Assembly (NCBI GenBank): GCA_965216465.1
Contig: CBDCFW010000003.1
Coordinates: forward strand, 32,001-96,000
Origin: Bacteroidia bacterium
GTDB lineage: Bacteria > Bacteroidota > Bacteroidia > NS11-12g > UBA9320
DNA length: 64,000 nucleotides
Reading direction: 5' to 3'
Every line of letters starts with the position of its first letter. Position 1 is the first letter of the stretch. The notes beneath the pieces were generated by a model, which worked only from the letters and a program-made list of their open reading frames with translations, did no database searches and was not told the DNA's origin. Position numbers and translations under genes: made by a program. This document shows positions 39,801 to 49,710 of this stretch, in pieces.

Positions 39801-40006
39801 CCGCCCATTCCGAACACCCCTGATCCCGAAGACCATGATGCATCGTTGAACCCAGAGTCAATCCAAGCGGTTCCTTGATTTGAACCGTCATCAAGATAAT
39901 TCCATGTGTCATTTTGGGTAGTAACAGTTACTTGAGCATTAACCCCTAATGCCAAAAAACACATTGTAAAAATCGTGAAAAAACGTTTAGTAGTAGTTTT
40001 GTTCAT
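36869..40006 (-). CDS. Large T9SS type A cargo protein, paralog B
   Basis: Colinear with 33486-36626 (shared GPRSLC, WACDEGQFGSVD, EACDCLTGP, GQPYLPV); YPNP CTD. Confidence 0.87.
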   Translation of the reverse strand: MNKTTTKRFFTIFTMCFLALGVNAQVTVTTQNDTWNYLDDGSNQGTAWIDSGFNDASWSSGSGVFGMGGINGASISTTIVKEITTYFRKEVTVTGHSNGTLDLNLLCDDGAVIYINGKEAYRYNMPSGTVTYTTTASSAVGGSDEGDYTVYTITDTFLIDGVNTIAVELHNQSSGSSDLGFDLEVTAYEAVDSSNYVMFRGGEWSYLDDGTDQGTSWVDSGFNDASWATGDAVLGYGTIDGNTISTTISWGSSSSNKYPTTYFRKEVTLSNPSFSELTCYLVADDGAAVYINGKLAFTAGMPATWDYLTYANFTAAGADEGDYDAYTIPDTFLIDGVNTFAVEMHQVNATSSDLGFDLEVIGKTGRVLYGNIFLDMNGDGLDTSIYDIFGSGAVEIKIYNDADSNGIYTAGECIDSILTNPDGSYSFIVDIEVEHLGVKLMTEDMDSRVDFTTDTTYSFSLNPNNMDSVQACFGQLGPRSLCLLIADDQNNIDEYYIANRISGKNQFVAEIAGRDLIETLAIRIGMDSMWACDEGQFGSVDIMTGEFTSIGTGIGTAQGVLSGGSIGTADLNDVDGMAYDPINDILYGVHRRTSAPDLLFAIDRGAGTFIADHFGTNEDFVKIIGTRVKVDVDDIAFNPYTGQLLGINGQGNGDSTRYISIDPATGTATVLSYVGVGDFEGLGYYNTGELYGTTGIVDAAGYHDNTIYQIDRNTGAGTRLDSLYSGAIDVEACDCLTGPTENLISGVVFYDNDSSGSYSRAIDSAYSNILVYLYRDANENGIIDSGDYIIDSTYTAAGTGFYVFITDSLGFFLTHPSVPGTVFQNMNTTTDSLLTEDAEFEFHGLFDGRNDFGFHINAGQPYLPVEWLEIEAEWIDEKTAKVSWSTASEVNSDYFEVERKTELGEFEKIATVQAAGNSNDVSNYAILDYTAVDLTAPTLFYRIKQFDYDGQFSYSEIAVLNKENETVVSAYPNPVDDHINININATGYYELTVLNLHGAEVIHTSGTKDSILTPLRLNGLTQLRDGMYLIRLRLDDEDHIIRIIK

Positions 40007-40069
40007 CGTGTAGTAATTATTAGTAGTATAACCCCCATAGAAGTAATTAAATACACTCTACAGTTGGTA

Positions 40070-40077
40070 CAAAGTTA
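40070..40077 (-). promoter_or_regulatory. Bacteroidota sigma-A -7 element (TAACTTTG) for paralog B
   Basis: Matches TAnnTTTG, 63 nt upstream of the ATG. Confidence 0.6.
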
Positions 40078-40303
40078 AGCTAAATATGTATATAAACAAA
40101 TTTTTTACCAAATAAGAAGCTTTAAAAGGCTTGGTATCCAGTGTATTAGCCGAATGAATTTTTAAGTCTGTTTTTTGAGAATGTGTTGATACCAAACGTG
40201 TCACGTAAGATTGAATTTACCAAAATCGATGCAATTCTTCGATTTCAGGTAGCCAAACAGATAAAGTTAGATTTGATACTCGGTTCGTATATATTTGCCA
40301 TAT

Positions 40304-41518
40304 ATGGATTATAACATCATAATCGTTTCACTCTCAATTTGTATTGTACTTTCTTACTTCTTTAGTGAGATTGCTAAAAGAACCAATATTCCTTCTGTGT
40401 TGATGCTAATTGTAGCAGGGGTACAGATTGGGCAATTCTTAAATTTTTATCCAGAATACAAGCTTGATTTTTTTCCTTATCTAAAGGTATTGGGAACGGT
40501 GGGGTTGATTATGATTGTTTTAGAAGGAGCTCTTGACTTAGAACTCTCAAAAGAAAAACGGCCGTTAATTCTAAAAGCTACCATTATAGCCATACTGGGA
40601 ATAATTGGAAGCATGTTGCTAACAGCTCCAATTTTCTACTTCTTACTTGATATGGATCTATCAACATCCATCCTATACTCAGCTCCACTTTCGGTAATTT
40701 CAAGTGCTATCGTAATACCAAGTATTGCGAACCTGATGCAATACGATAAGGAGCTACTTATTTACGAAAGTTGTTTGTCTGATATCTTCGGAATCTTGTT
40801 CTTTAACTTGGTTATTAGTGTGCTAGAAACCCATAAAGTAGGATCTTCTATTGGTGAATTTACGATTGAATTCTTGTTGACTCTCCTTATTTCATTGGTA
40901 GTTGGTGTTGGATTGGTGCTACTCTTTAAATTCTTAAATGCCAAGGTAAAGTTGTTCTTCTTCATCTCGATCTTAATCCTAATCTATGCTCTCGGCAAAA
41001 TGATTCATTTAAGTCCATTGGTATTGATCTTGATGTTTGGGCTAATCCTTAAAAACCACCACATCTTCTTTATTGGGCCACTAAAAGGCATTATGACCAG
41101 AATGGAATTTGTTAAAATGGAGCGAGACTTTCACGTAATAACCCGCGAGACAGCCTTTGTGCTTAGAACATTCTTCTTTATTGTTCTAGGTCTAACGATA
41201 GATGTTTCGTCATTAGTTGATGTGGGCGTTCTTATTATCAGTATTATGACTTTCATTTCAATTCTTTTAGTACGTATTGGGCTGCTCAAATGGTTTGCCA
41301 AACAGGCTTCTGGAGTGGTCGAATATGTTGCTCCAAGAGGATTGATTACCATCTTGTTGTTTTATTCAATTCCGCCTGAACTATCATCTGGATTATTTGA
41401 ACCGGGAATTATTCTCTGGGTTGTAATTATTACGAGTGTTTATATGTCTTATGGTTTGATTAGACATGGAAACAAAGGTGAATTGCGTGAAACGGATGCA
41501 AGTATTGTAGACGTATAG
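40304..41518 (+). CDS. Cation:proton antiporter (CPA family)
   Basis: About 12 TM; LEGALDL, ESCLSDIFGI, APRGLIT; start reassigned to ATG 40304. Confidence 0.88.
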   Translation: MDYNIIIVSLSICIVLSYFFSEIAKRTNIPSVLMLIVAGVQIGQFLNFYPEYKLDFFPYLKVLGTVGLIMIVLEGALDLELSKEKRPLILKATIIAILGIIGSMLLTAPIFYFLLDMDLSTSILYSAPLSVISSAIVIPSIANLMQYDKELLIYESCLSDIFGILFFNLVISVLETHKVGSSIGEFTIEFLLTLLISLVVGVGLVLLFKFLNAKVKLFFFISILILIYALGKMIHLSPLVLILMFGLILKNHHIFFIGPLKGIMTRMEFVKMERDFHVITRETAFVLRTFFFIVLGLTIDVSSLVDVGVLIISIMTFISILLVRIGLLKWFAKQASGVVEYVAPRGLITILLFYSIPPELSSGLFEPGIILWVVIITSVYMSYGLIRHGNKGELRETDASIVDV

Positions 41519-41606
41519 CTGTCTGTTCATTGTAAACTGTTTATTTCTTAAATACGCTTTCAGCCCTAAATGGCGTTAATTTGCTTAACGAATTCTACGT
41601 AAGAAC

Positions 41607-44600
41607 TTGCTGAGACTAGGCTACATATGCTTTATGTTATTTACAGTGCAGAGCTTTGCGCAAGTTTCGACGCTTAAGCAAGTTAAGCTGTTACCCGCTC
41701 AAGGTGATACATTATGGCTCGATTCATCAGGGATAATTTCCGAATCCGTTCACATCCAAAACTTCCAAAACGAGAAAGACTTTAAAATCTATTCGAACAG
41801 GCTGGTTTGGATTGCTCCTTCACCAAGTGATAGTGTTTTAGTGCATTATCGAGTTGTAGAATTTAAAACGTCATACCTGCATAAAGATGTATCGATAATC
41901 GAGCAGGTGTTCAAGGAAAATCCGTTTAGCTATAGACCCAATAAAACAAATACTTCCACTTCTTATGGAAGCTTGAGGACGCAAGGAAATGTTTCCAGAG
42001 GCATCGGATTTGGAAACGCTCAAGACGTTGTGGTGAACTCTAATCTAAATCTTCGTCTTTCAGGAAACTTGGCAAACGATGTAAAAATTTCGGCGGTTAT
42101 CAGCGACGAAAATAACCCTATACAACCTGAAGGAAATACGCAGCAAATTCAAGATTTTGATCAAGTGTATATTACTATGGAAAAAGGAAATGGTAAACTT
42201 ACAATTGGTGATTTCTTGATGGAAAATGATGAAAACTCCTATTTCTTGAATTTCTATAAAAAGTCTCGTGGTGTTCAACTTAAAGACGAGGTAGAATTAG
42301 GTAAATGGAAGGCAAAACTTGGCGGAGAAGCTGCAATTTCAAGGGGAAGATTCAACAGAAACCGAATAGAAGGAATAGAAGGGAACAGCGGTCCTTATCG
42401 ACTGGCTGGTTCGAATGGTGAGCTCTTTATAGTTGTAATCGCTGGAACGGAAAGTATTTATCTCGATGGAAAGCTTTTAACTCGAGGCGAAGACAATGAT
42501 TATGTTATCAATTATAATACCGGTGAAATTACATTCACCCCTAAGGTTTTGATTACCCGTTACTCAAGAATTGTGGCTGAGTTTCAGTATTCAGATCGAA
42601 ATTATGCCCGTTCGGTAGCAAATGCCAGTACAACGGTTACCAACGGTGAAATATCGGTATATGCCAACTTTTTTAACGAGATGGATTTACGTTCGCAACC
42701 CTTTCAACAAAGTTTAGAAGGCTTTGATTCGATTCAAGGGAAGAGTGCAATTGATATTTTAAGCTCTGCAGGCGATGCTCAAGCAGTTTTTAACAATGTG
42801 AAGCTTCAACAGCAATTTAATCCAGACCGCATCATGTATAAAAAGGTGATGGTTGGTCCTGATGAGATTTATCAATATACAGACGACCCCTCAGAAAATG
42901 TAACCTTTTACGAAGTATTCTTTTCTAATATTGGTCTAGGAAATGGAAGCTACCGCCAGGCTCAAACCGGTGCAAACGGTAAGGTGTTTGAGTATGTTGG
43001 ACCAGGAATGGGAGAGTATGAGCCCATAGAATTGCTGGTTGCGCCCATCAAGTTGAATACCTTTAATGTTGGAATCGTTAAAAAGACTGAATCTAAAAGT
43101 TGGGGATTAGAATATGTTGTGAGCAGCTTGGATAAAAATACGCTTTCCGAGCTAAATGATAATGACAATTCAGGATTTGGATTAAAGATGTTTCGAACGA
43201 GTAGTAAGATCTTGGGAGACTCATCTCCTTGGAAATTCAAAAGCAACCTGGCATATGAATTGGTGAGTGATCAATACCAATACATCGAACGTTATAGAAC
43301 GGTAGAGTTTGATCGCCAGTGGAATAAGTTGTTGAACAATCCTTCGGCACTAGCTCAGCTTCTTCCAGCGTTTGAGCACATTGGCAACTTAGATTTACGA
43401 TTAGAACATGGTTCCAAAAACTTCATCGAAAACAAGCTAGCTTTCTATAATCGTGATGGAAGTTTCAATGGCTTATCGAACCAAAGTTCAGGGGGATTAA
43501 GCTTTAAGGAATTTGTTCTTAATTCTCAATTCGAGGTGCTTAACTCAGATTTAAACTTTGATTCTATTGGTACCCAAAACGACTACCATCGGTTTTTTGC
43601 AAGCTTAGAAAGACCTATTCAGCAATCTGTAGTAGGAGCAAGCTTCCAGCAAGAACAAAGCAGTTTTACACAACAAGATTCATTGTTGGGCAACAGTTAT
43701 GGTTTCGATGCACTTTCAATTTATGTTAAGAGTTCAGACCAAAAAAAGCTAAGCTATCAATTGGCTCTAGGTCAACGAAATGATAGAATTCCAGGGGCGA
43801 ATGAGTTTAGACCCAATACCTTGGGAAGAGATGCCAATTTGAGTCTTGCCTATGCTTCTAAGAAAATTGACAAAATAGCATTGAGTTCAACGTATAGAAA
43901 GCTAGAAATTGATACAGCTCAAGACGAATCGCTGGATGAAAACACAATTCAAAGTAGATTAGAGGTTGAATTTACAGCCTGGAAGCGTTTTATAAAATCG
44001 AATACGTTTTATCAGATCGGAACAGGCCAGGAACAACGCAGAGAGTTTCAATACCTTCAAGTACAAGCCGGAAATGGTATCTACATTTGGAATGATTACG
44101 ATTCAAACGGTATCAAGACATTAAATGAGTTTGAAATTGCCTCAGACCTCGATAGACAGCGTGCTGATTATATTAAAATATTTACTCCTGTTTCAGGATT
44201 TATTACGACTCGATCGAACAAACTTAGCCAAACACTTGAGTTGAATCCAGCCGTTTTTTATCAGCGCGGAAAATCAAAGAAGAAGCCACTTTTGGCTCGA
44301 TTTAATAGCATTTCTTCGGTTATTGTTGATCGCAAGGTGCTTCCAACAGATGGATTTGGATTTGCCAATCCTTTTGAACAATCGCTGATTGATACTGCCT
44401 TGATCAATGCAACAACCAATTTAAGAACTACGCTTTTTTACAATCGTGGAAATTCGAAGTACAGCATGGATTATACCTACGTAAATAATTCGTCTAAGGT
44501 TTTGTTAACCAACGGGTTTGATACACGAGAAACCAAAGATCAGATTGTGAATGGGCGGGTGAACTTAGGCCGAGTGGTTAGTTTGTCGGGGAGATTTATT

Positions 44601-45056
44601 TTGGGAGATCGATTGTATTTAAGTCAATTTTTTTCGGCGAGAAGCTTTAATTATCAGTACGTTGATTTAGAACCTAAGGTTCAGTTTGTTTTTAAGAACA
44701 TCTATCGCTTAGAAATGCGAACAAAATATTTTTCGGCCCAAAATGTCGAACTCTATGGAGGAGAGCGATGTGAAAACGTAGAATTGGGAACGGAGTTTAA
44801 ATACACCAAGCCTTTAAAAGGAACATTAAACGTGGGAGCGTCTTATGTGAATGTAAATTTTGATGGAGAGCCAAGCTCAACGTTAGGTTATGAGCTTCTA
44901 CGTGGTTTACAGAATGGAAATAATGCCACATGGACTTTTGGTTATCGACGAACCTTGGCAAATAACATTCAAGTGATTGTCAGTTACGATGGAAGAAAGT
45001 CGGAAGATGCCCCAGTAATTCACATCGGCAGGGTGTTGGCCCGCTACTTATTTTAA
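41607..45056 (+). CDS. Large outer-membrane protein, N-terminus reminiscent of SprA/Sov
   Basis: Signal peptide; SRGIGFGN, GTESIYLDGKLLTRGEDNDYVINYNTGEITF; long amphipathic beta region; C-terminal Phe. Confidence 0.65.
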   Translation: MLRLGYICFMLFTVQSFAQVSTLKQVKLLPAQGDTLWLDSSGIISESVHIQNFQNEKDFKIYSNRLVWIAPSPSDSVLVHYRVVEFKTSYLHKDVSIIEQVFKENPFSYRPNKTNTSTSYGSLRTQGNVSRGIGFGNAQDVVVNSNLNLRLSGNLANDVKISAVISDENNPIQPEGNTQQIQDFDQVYITMEKGNGKLTIGDFLMENDENSYFLNFYKKSRGVQLKDEVELGKWKAKLGGEAAISRGRFNRNRIEGIEGNSGPYRLAGSNGELFIVVIAGTESIYLDGKLLTRGEDNDYVINYNTGEITFTPKVLITRYSRIVAEFQYSDRNYARSVANASTTVTNGEISVYANFFNEMDLRSQPFQQSLEGFDSIQGKSAIDILSSAGDAQAVFNNVKLQQQFNPDRIMYKKVMVGPDEIYQYTDDPSENVTFYEVFFSNIGLGNGSYRQAQTGANGKVFEYVGPGMGEYEPIELLVAPIKLNTFNVGIVKKTESKSWGLEYVVSSLDKNTLSELNDNDNSGFGLKMFRTSSKILGDSSPWKFKSNLAYELVSDQYQYIERYRTVEFDRQWNKLLNNPSALAQLLPAFEHIGNLDLRLEHGSKNFIENKLAFYNRDGSFNGLSNQSSGGLSFKEFVLNSQFEVLNSDLNFDSIGTQNDYHRFFASLERPIQQSVVGASFQQEQSSFTQQDSLLGNSYGFDALSIYVKSSDQKKLSYQLALGQRNDRIPGANEFRPNTLGRDANLSLAYASKKIDKIALSSTYRKLEIDTAQDESLDENTIQSRLEVEFTAWKRFIKSNTFYQIGTGQEQRREFQYLQVQAGNGIYIWNDYDSNGIKTLNEFEIASDLDRQRADYIKIFTPVSGFITTRSNKLSQTLELNPAVFYQRGKSKKKPLLARFNSISSVIVDRKVLPTDGFGFANPFEQSLIDTALINATTNLRTTLFYNRGNSKYSMDYTYVNNSSKVLLTNGFDTRETKDQIVNGRVNLGRVVSLSGRFILGDRLYLSQFFSARSFNYQYVDLEPKVQFVFKNIYRLEMRTKYFSAQNVELYGGERCENVELGTEFKYTKPLKGTLNVGASYVNVNFDGEPSSTLGYELLRGLQNGNNATWTFGYRRTLANNIQVIVSYDGRKSEDAPVIHIGRVLARYLF

Positions 45057-45884
45057 GTCAGGCTGGTTTGGTCTTTTTGAAGTTTAACAAGTTTTTGCTT
45101 GTACAAATTACCCAAGGCTTTTTTAAATGCTTTTTTACTTAATCCGAGTTGATCTTTAATTGACTCTGGACTGCTTTTGTCGGTTAAGTTGATAGAGCCT
45201 CCATTGTTCTTAATATATTCTAGCACCAATTGAGAGGTGTGGTCAATCACGTTGCGATATCCCATGGGTTCTAATAAGAGGTCAATACGACCATCTTCTC
45301 GCACTTTTTTAACATACCCCTTTGTTTTTTGGCCAATTTCAATCTGTTTATGCATGTCTGAATTGAACACCAATCCTTGAAACATACCATTAACAATCGC
45401 GTTCATTCCGAGTTCTCCTCGCTTATAGAATAGTAGGTCAACTTCATCACCTTCATTAACATCAATGTCTTCGAAGAATAAAAAGTCATGAATTCGAGCA
45501 GAACCAATTAATCGGTCAGTTTTTTCGTCGAGGTGTAGATAAACCACATAGGATTTACCTTCCTCCATTTTGGCCATTTGCTCACTGTATGGAATCATCA
45601 ATTGTTTTACTAGGCCCCAATCAGCAAACGCTCCTGCGTTGTTTACTTGTTTTACTTCAAGAAGGGGCAAATTCTTCAAGCTCAAGTTTAGGCTTTAATG
45701 TAGTTGCAATAAGGCGTTCTTCATTGTCTTTATATATAAAAACATCTATCTCATGACCAATTTCGAGTGTTGATGGGACATATGCGTTGGGCAACAAAAC
45801 TTCTTTACCATTCGGATCTTCTAAAAAGAATCCAAAACTGGTGGTTCTAGCCGCTTTTAGTCGGTTGGTCTTTCCTAATTCCAT
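45053..45884 (-). CDS. cvfB: CvfB-family S1 RNA-binding protein, split by a 1-nt frameshift
   Basis: FGFFL...EVLLPN, GAFADWGL.K, DGRIDL, SKKAFKKALG.LYK; the frames join if G4 at 45664-45667 is G3. Confidence 0.8.
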
Positions 45885-45917
45885 TGTGGGCTGCGAAGAT
45901 ATTCAATTAAGTGTAGC

Positions 45918-46163
45918 TTATTTCAATATTCCAATGCAAGGCATTCGTTTAAAAACTTCTTCTGTATGCGGAGCGTCTGGAAGTTCCTCTGTTAGGTCTT
46001 GACCTGCCCAATGCTCATAATGCTTGCCATCTCGCCAAAGTCTGCTGCCTGACACATCATATACCATGCCTTTGTATGCAATCCAAACTTCTTCTTTGTC
46101 TTGACCATTGTGTAGGCTCAATTGGCGCCGTGAAATTATTCGAGAGTTATGGTCTTTGGTCAT
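45918..46163 (-). CDS. Cytochrome b5-like heme/steroid-binding protein
   Basis: WIAYKGMVYDVS...W.DGKH..HWAGQDLT...APH. Confidence 0.88.
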   Translation of the reverse strand: MTKDHNSRIISRRQLSLHNGQDKEEVWIAYKGMVYDVSGSRLWRDGKHYEHWAGQDLTEELPDAPHTEEVFKRMPCIGILK

Positions 46164-46195
46164 TGCTGATGTATTTTAGCCGTCAATTTTAATCA

Positions 46196-47338
46196 ATGCG
46201 CATAAAAGTTCTCATAGTTTTAGTCATTATTTACATCCTATCTGCTTTTATGTGGCTGACTTTTTCGTTGTTGAATTATTCAAATACGGATTATCAGCTA
46301 AAGAATGATGTATTAAAAGCCGGACTAAATGCTTGCACATTGCAGGTAATGCAACGAGCAAAGAATAACCAGTTAGGCAGCGACTCGGTCTATGCATATT
46401 ATTTGAAACAGTTGAAATTGGATCTTAATGAAACTGAAGTTCAGCGGTTTGTAATGCTGCGATTTGACAATAATTATCAAGTTGATTTCAAAGAAATCGC
46501 TCCGCAGAAAAAGGTGCTTCAACTCAGCATTAATCCAGATAAGTTGAGTTTGCTTGAGAACGAACGCACTCAGCAACGTAACATTTGGTTGTTTCAATCG
46601 ATGTTGTTGCTGGTTTTAGTTGCCGTTGGGGTTTATGGGGTTTATTATTCAATTGATTCGATATATCAACTGAATAAGCGACAAAACAACTTTTTACTTT
46701 CTGTAACGCATGAATTTAAAACTCCTATTGCTGCCATTCGATTGATGTTGCAAACAGCAAAGAATCCTAAAGTGAGCCCAGAAAAGAAGGAAGAGCTTAT
46801 AGACAAGAGTGTGATGAATACCTACCGACTCGAAGAGCTTGCTGAGAATATGCTTACTGCAATGCAAATTGAGAATAAGAACTATTCATACTCCATTTCG
46901 GATGTTAATCTTTCAGAAATGATGACACAAATCATCAACAATCAAAAGATTAAAGGAGAAATAAATGCAGATATAGAAGAGAACCTTCAAATGACCGGTG
47001 ATGGATTTATTCTGCGCATGGTAATCAACAATTTGGTCGAAAATGCGTTTAAGTATTCAGATAATGCTCCAATTGATGTCATGTTAAAGAGCAACGGAGA
47101 TCAACGTATTATTGAAGTCAGGGATCGAGGAATTGGCATTAAGAAAGAAGATTTAAAGAATATTTTTAAAAAATTCTATCGCGTTCAAGATGAAGAAACC
47201 CGAACAACGAAAGGTACAGGTTTAGGTTTGTTTATTGTTAAGCAAGCTATTAAAAGACACGGGGGTAAAGTCGCTGTAAAAGCCAATAAACCAAGAGGTT
47301 CGGTGTTTACAATTTCCATGCCCTCGAACTTTTTATGA
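46196..47338 (+). CDS. Sensor histidine kinase (HisKA)
   Basis: Two TM; THEFKTP, NLVENAFKYS, D.G.GI, GTGLGL. Confidence 0.93.
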   Translation: MRIKVLIVLVIIYILSAFMWLTFSLLNYSNTDYQLKNDVLKAGLNACTLQVMQRAKNNQLGSDSVYAYYLKQLKLDLNETEVQRFVMLRFDNNYQVDFKEIAPQKKVLQLSINPDKLSLLENERTQQRNIWLFQSMLLLVLVAVGVYGVYYSIDSIYQLNKRQNNFLLSVTHEFKTPIAAIRLMLQTAKNPKVSPEKKEELIDKSVMNTYRLEELAENMLTAMQIENKNYSYSISDVNLSEMMTQIINNQKIKGEINADIEENLQMTGDGFILRMVINNLVENAFKYSDNAPIDVMLKSNGDQRIIEVRDRGIGIKKEDLKNIFKKFYRVQDEETRTTKGTGLGLFIVKQAIKRHGGKVAVKANKPRGSVFTISMPSNFL

Positions 47339-47410
47339 TACTTTGCTGACGTTCAAGTAATAAAAAAATGACAATTTTGTAAGACACTATAATTCAACGA
47401 TAAACAAACA

Positions 47411-48103
47411 ATGAAGAAAAGAATCCTCCTCGTAGAAGACGAAAAACATTTGGCAGAAACTATTAAGTTGAATTTGGAGATTGAGGAATACCATCCTATA
47501 GTGGTTCACGACGGAGCATCAGCGATAAATACTTTTAAAGAACAACGTTTCGATTTGGTTATTTTGGATATTATGATTCCAAACATTGATGGAATTGCCG
47601 TTTGCGAAAACATTCGACTACACGATTCAGATGTACCAGTACTGTTTTTATCAGCAAAAAGTTCAGCAGAAGATCGAATTTTAGGTTTGAAAAAAGGTGG
47701 CGACGACTACCTCACCAAACCTTTCAATTTAGAAGAGTTGTTGTTGAGGGTTAAAAAGCTAATTTCAAGAAACGATGATTCGAACAGTGGTGAAAGTATC
47801 AGTGATTATGCGTTTGGTACTAACTCTGTAAACTTTGATAGCTATGAGGCTGTTGGAAGAAACGGAAAGTTTGCCCTAACTAAGAAAGAAGCTTTGTTGC
47901 TTAAGTTGCTGATAGAGAACAAAGAAGAAGTTGTAAGTCGTGAAAAGATTTTACAAACCGTTTGGGGTTATTCGGTTTATCCTTCAACCAGAACTATCGA
48001 TAATTTTATCTTAGCTTTCAGAAAATATTTTGAGGAAGATCCTAAAAATCCAAAGTTTTTTGTATCGCTTCGTGGGGTTGGATACAAGTTCACCAATAGT
48101 TAA
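47411..48103 (+). CDS. OmpR/PhoB-family response regulator
   Basis: LLVEDE, LDIMIP, DDYLTKPF, RTIDNFI, RGVGY. Confidence 0.94.
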   Translation: MKKRILLVEDEKHLAETIKLNLEIEEYHPIVVHDGASAINTFKEQRFDLVILDIMIPNIDGIAVCENIRLHDSDVPVLFLSAKSSAEDRILGLKKGGDDYLTKPFNLEELLLRVKKLISRNDDSNSGESISDYAFGTNSVNFDSYEAVGRNGKFALTKKEALLLKLLIENKEEVVSREKILQTVWGYSVYPSTRTIDNFILAFRKYFEEDPKNPKFFVSLRGVGYKFTNS

Positions 48104-48180
48104 TTTTTCTTGTTTATAACTTGCCCGAATTTAGCATTATGGCAAGTTGTTGAATATAATATCTTTGCACGTTCATTTTT

Positions 48181-49710
48181 ATGCACGAGCAAATACTTAT
48201 AATCGATTATGGTTCTCAATACACCCAGCTAATTGCAAGGCGTGTTAGAGAGCTCAATGTTTACTGTGAAATTCATCCTTATAATCATCTTCCTGAAATT
48301 TCTGACAATGTGAAAGGAGTTATCCTATCTGGCTCTCCATTTTCATGTGTTGACCCAGAAGCACCAGAAGCAGATTTGGATGTGATGAACCTTGATGTGC
48401 CTGTGCTCGGACTATGTTACGGAGCGCAATATCTTGCAAAGCTAAACGGCGGACGTGTAGAGCGTTCTGCACACAGAGAATATGGTCGAGCTAAGGTGAT
48501 TGTTGAGCATCACGAAAATCCGTTAATGTTTGATATCCATGATGGCAGTCAAGTATGGATGAGTCATGGCGATACGATTTTAGAAATGCCTGCTGAAACT
48601 ACCATTTTGGCAAGAACAGAATCAATTCCTGTAGCTGCATTTCAGTTTAACGGCAAAGAAGTATATGCTTTACAATTCCATCCTGAAGTAAGTCACAGTA
48701 AGGAAGGAATGAAGATTCTTGGAAACTTTGCTTTAAGAATTTGCGGTTGTAAAGGTGACTGGACTCCTGCACACTTTATCACAGAAAGTGTTGAGTATTA
48801 TAAAGAAACCATTAAAGACGACAAGGTTATTATGGGTCTTTCTGGTGGAGTTGATAGCTCTGTAGCAGCATACATCCTGAATAAAGCAATTGGTCAAAAC
48901 CTTGTTGGAATATTCGTAAACAACGGTTTGCTTCGTAAAAATGAGTATGAAGAGGTATTAGAAGCTTATAAAGGTCTAGGACTCAACGTCAAAGGTGTAG
49001 ATGCATCTGATTTATTCCTTGACCGATTAAAAGGTGTTGTTGAACCGGAAGAGAAAAGAAAAATTATAGGGAACACGTTTATTGAAGTGTTCGATAAAGA
49101 AGCTGCAAAGATTAGCGATGCAAAGTGGCTTGGACAAGGAACCATTTACCCTGACGTAATCGAATCGGTATCGGTTAAAGGTCCAAGTGCAACAATTAAA
49201 TCGCATCACAATGTAGGTGGATTACCGGACGACATGGAGCTACAGCTTGCAGAACCCTTACGCTTATTGTTTAAAGACGAAGTGAGAAGAATAGGTGCAG
49301 AAATAGGAGTTCCAAGATTGATTTTAGATCGTCATCCGTTCCCAGGTCCAGGATTGGCCATTCGTATAATTGGAGATATTACTCGAGAGAATGTTCGTGT
49401 TCTTCAAGAGGCAGATGCAATTTTCATCGATGAGATGAAAGAGCAAAATTTCTACAACGTAATTTGGCAAGCAGGAGCAATATTCCTACCCGTTCAATCA
49501 GTAGGAGTAATGGGAGATGAAAGAACCTATGAAAACGTAATAGCCCTTAGAGCTGTAACCTCTTTAGACGGTATGACCGCAGATTGGGCAGACTTGCCTC
49601 ACTCATTCTTAGCAACAGTTTCAAATAAAATAATTAACCAAGTAAAAGGAATTAATAGAGTAGTCTATGATATCAGCTCAAAACCGCCTGCCACAATTGA
49701 ATGGGAATAA
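48181..49710 (+). CDS. guaA: GMP synthase (glutamine-hydrolysing)
   Basis: [41 protein letters not shown]. Confidence 0.98.
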   Translation: MHEQILIIDYGSQYTQLIARRVRELNVYCEIHPYNHLPEISDNVKGVILSGSPFSCVDPEAPEADLDVMNLDVPVLGLCYGAQYLAKLNGGRVERSAHREYGRAKVIVEHHENPLMFDIHDGSQVWMSHGDTILEMPAETTILARTESIPVAAFQFNGKEVYALQFHPEVSHSKEGMKILGNFALRICGCKGDWTPAHFITESVEYYKETIKDDKVIMGLSGGVDSSVAAYILNKAIGQNLVGIFVNNGLLRKNEYEEVLEAYKGLGLNVKGVDASDLFLDRLKGVVEPEEKRKIIGNTFIEVFDKEAAKISDAKWLGQGTIYPDVIESVSVKGPSATIKSHHNVGGLPDDMELQLAEPLRLLFKDEVRRIGAEIGVPRLILDRHPFPGPGLAIRIIGDITRENVRVLQEADAIFIDEMKEQNFYNVIWQAGAIFLPVQSVGVMGDERTYENVIALRAVTSLDGMTADWADLPHSFLATVSNKIINQVKGINRVVYDISSKPPATIEWE

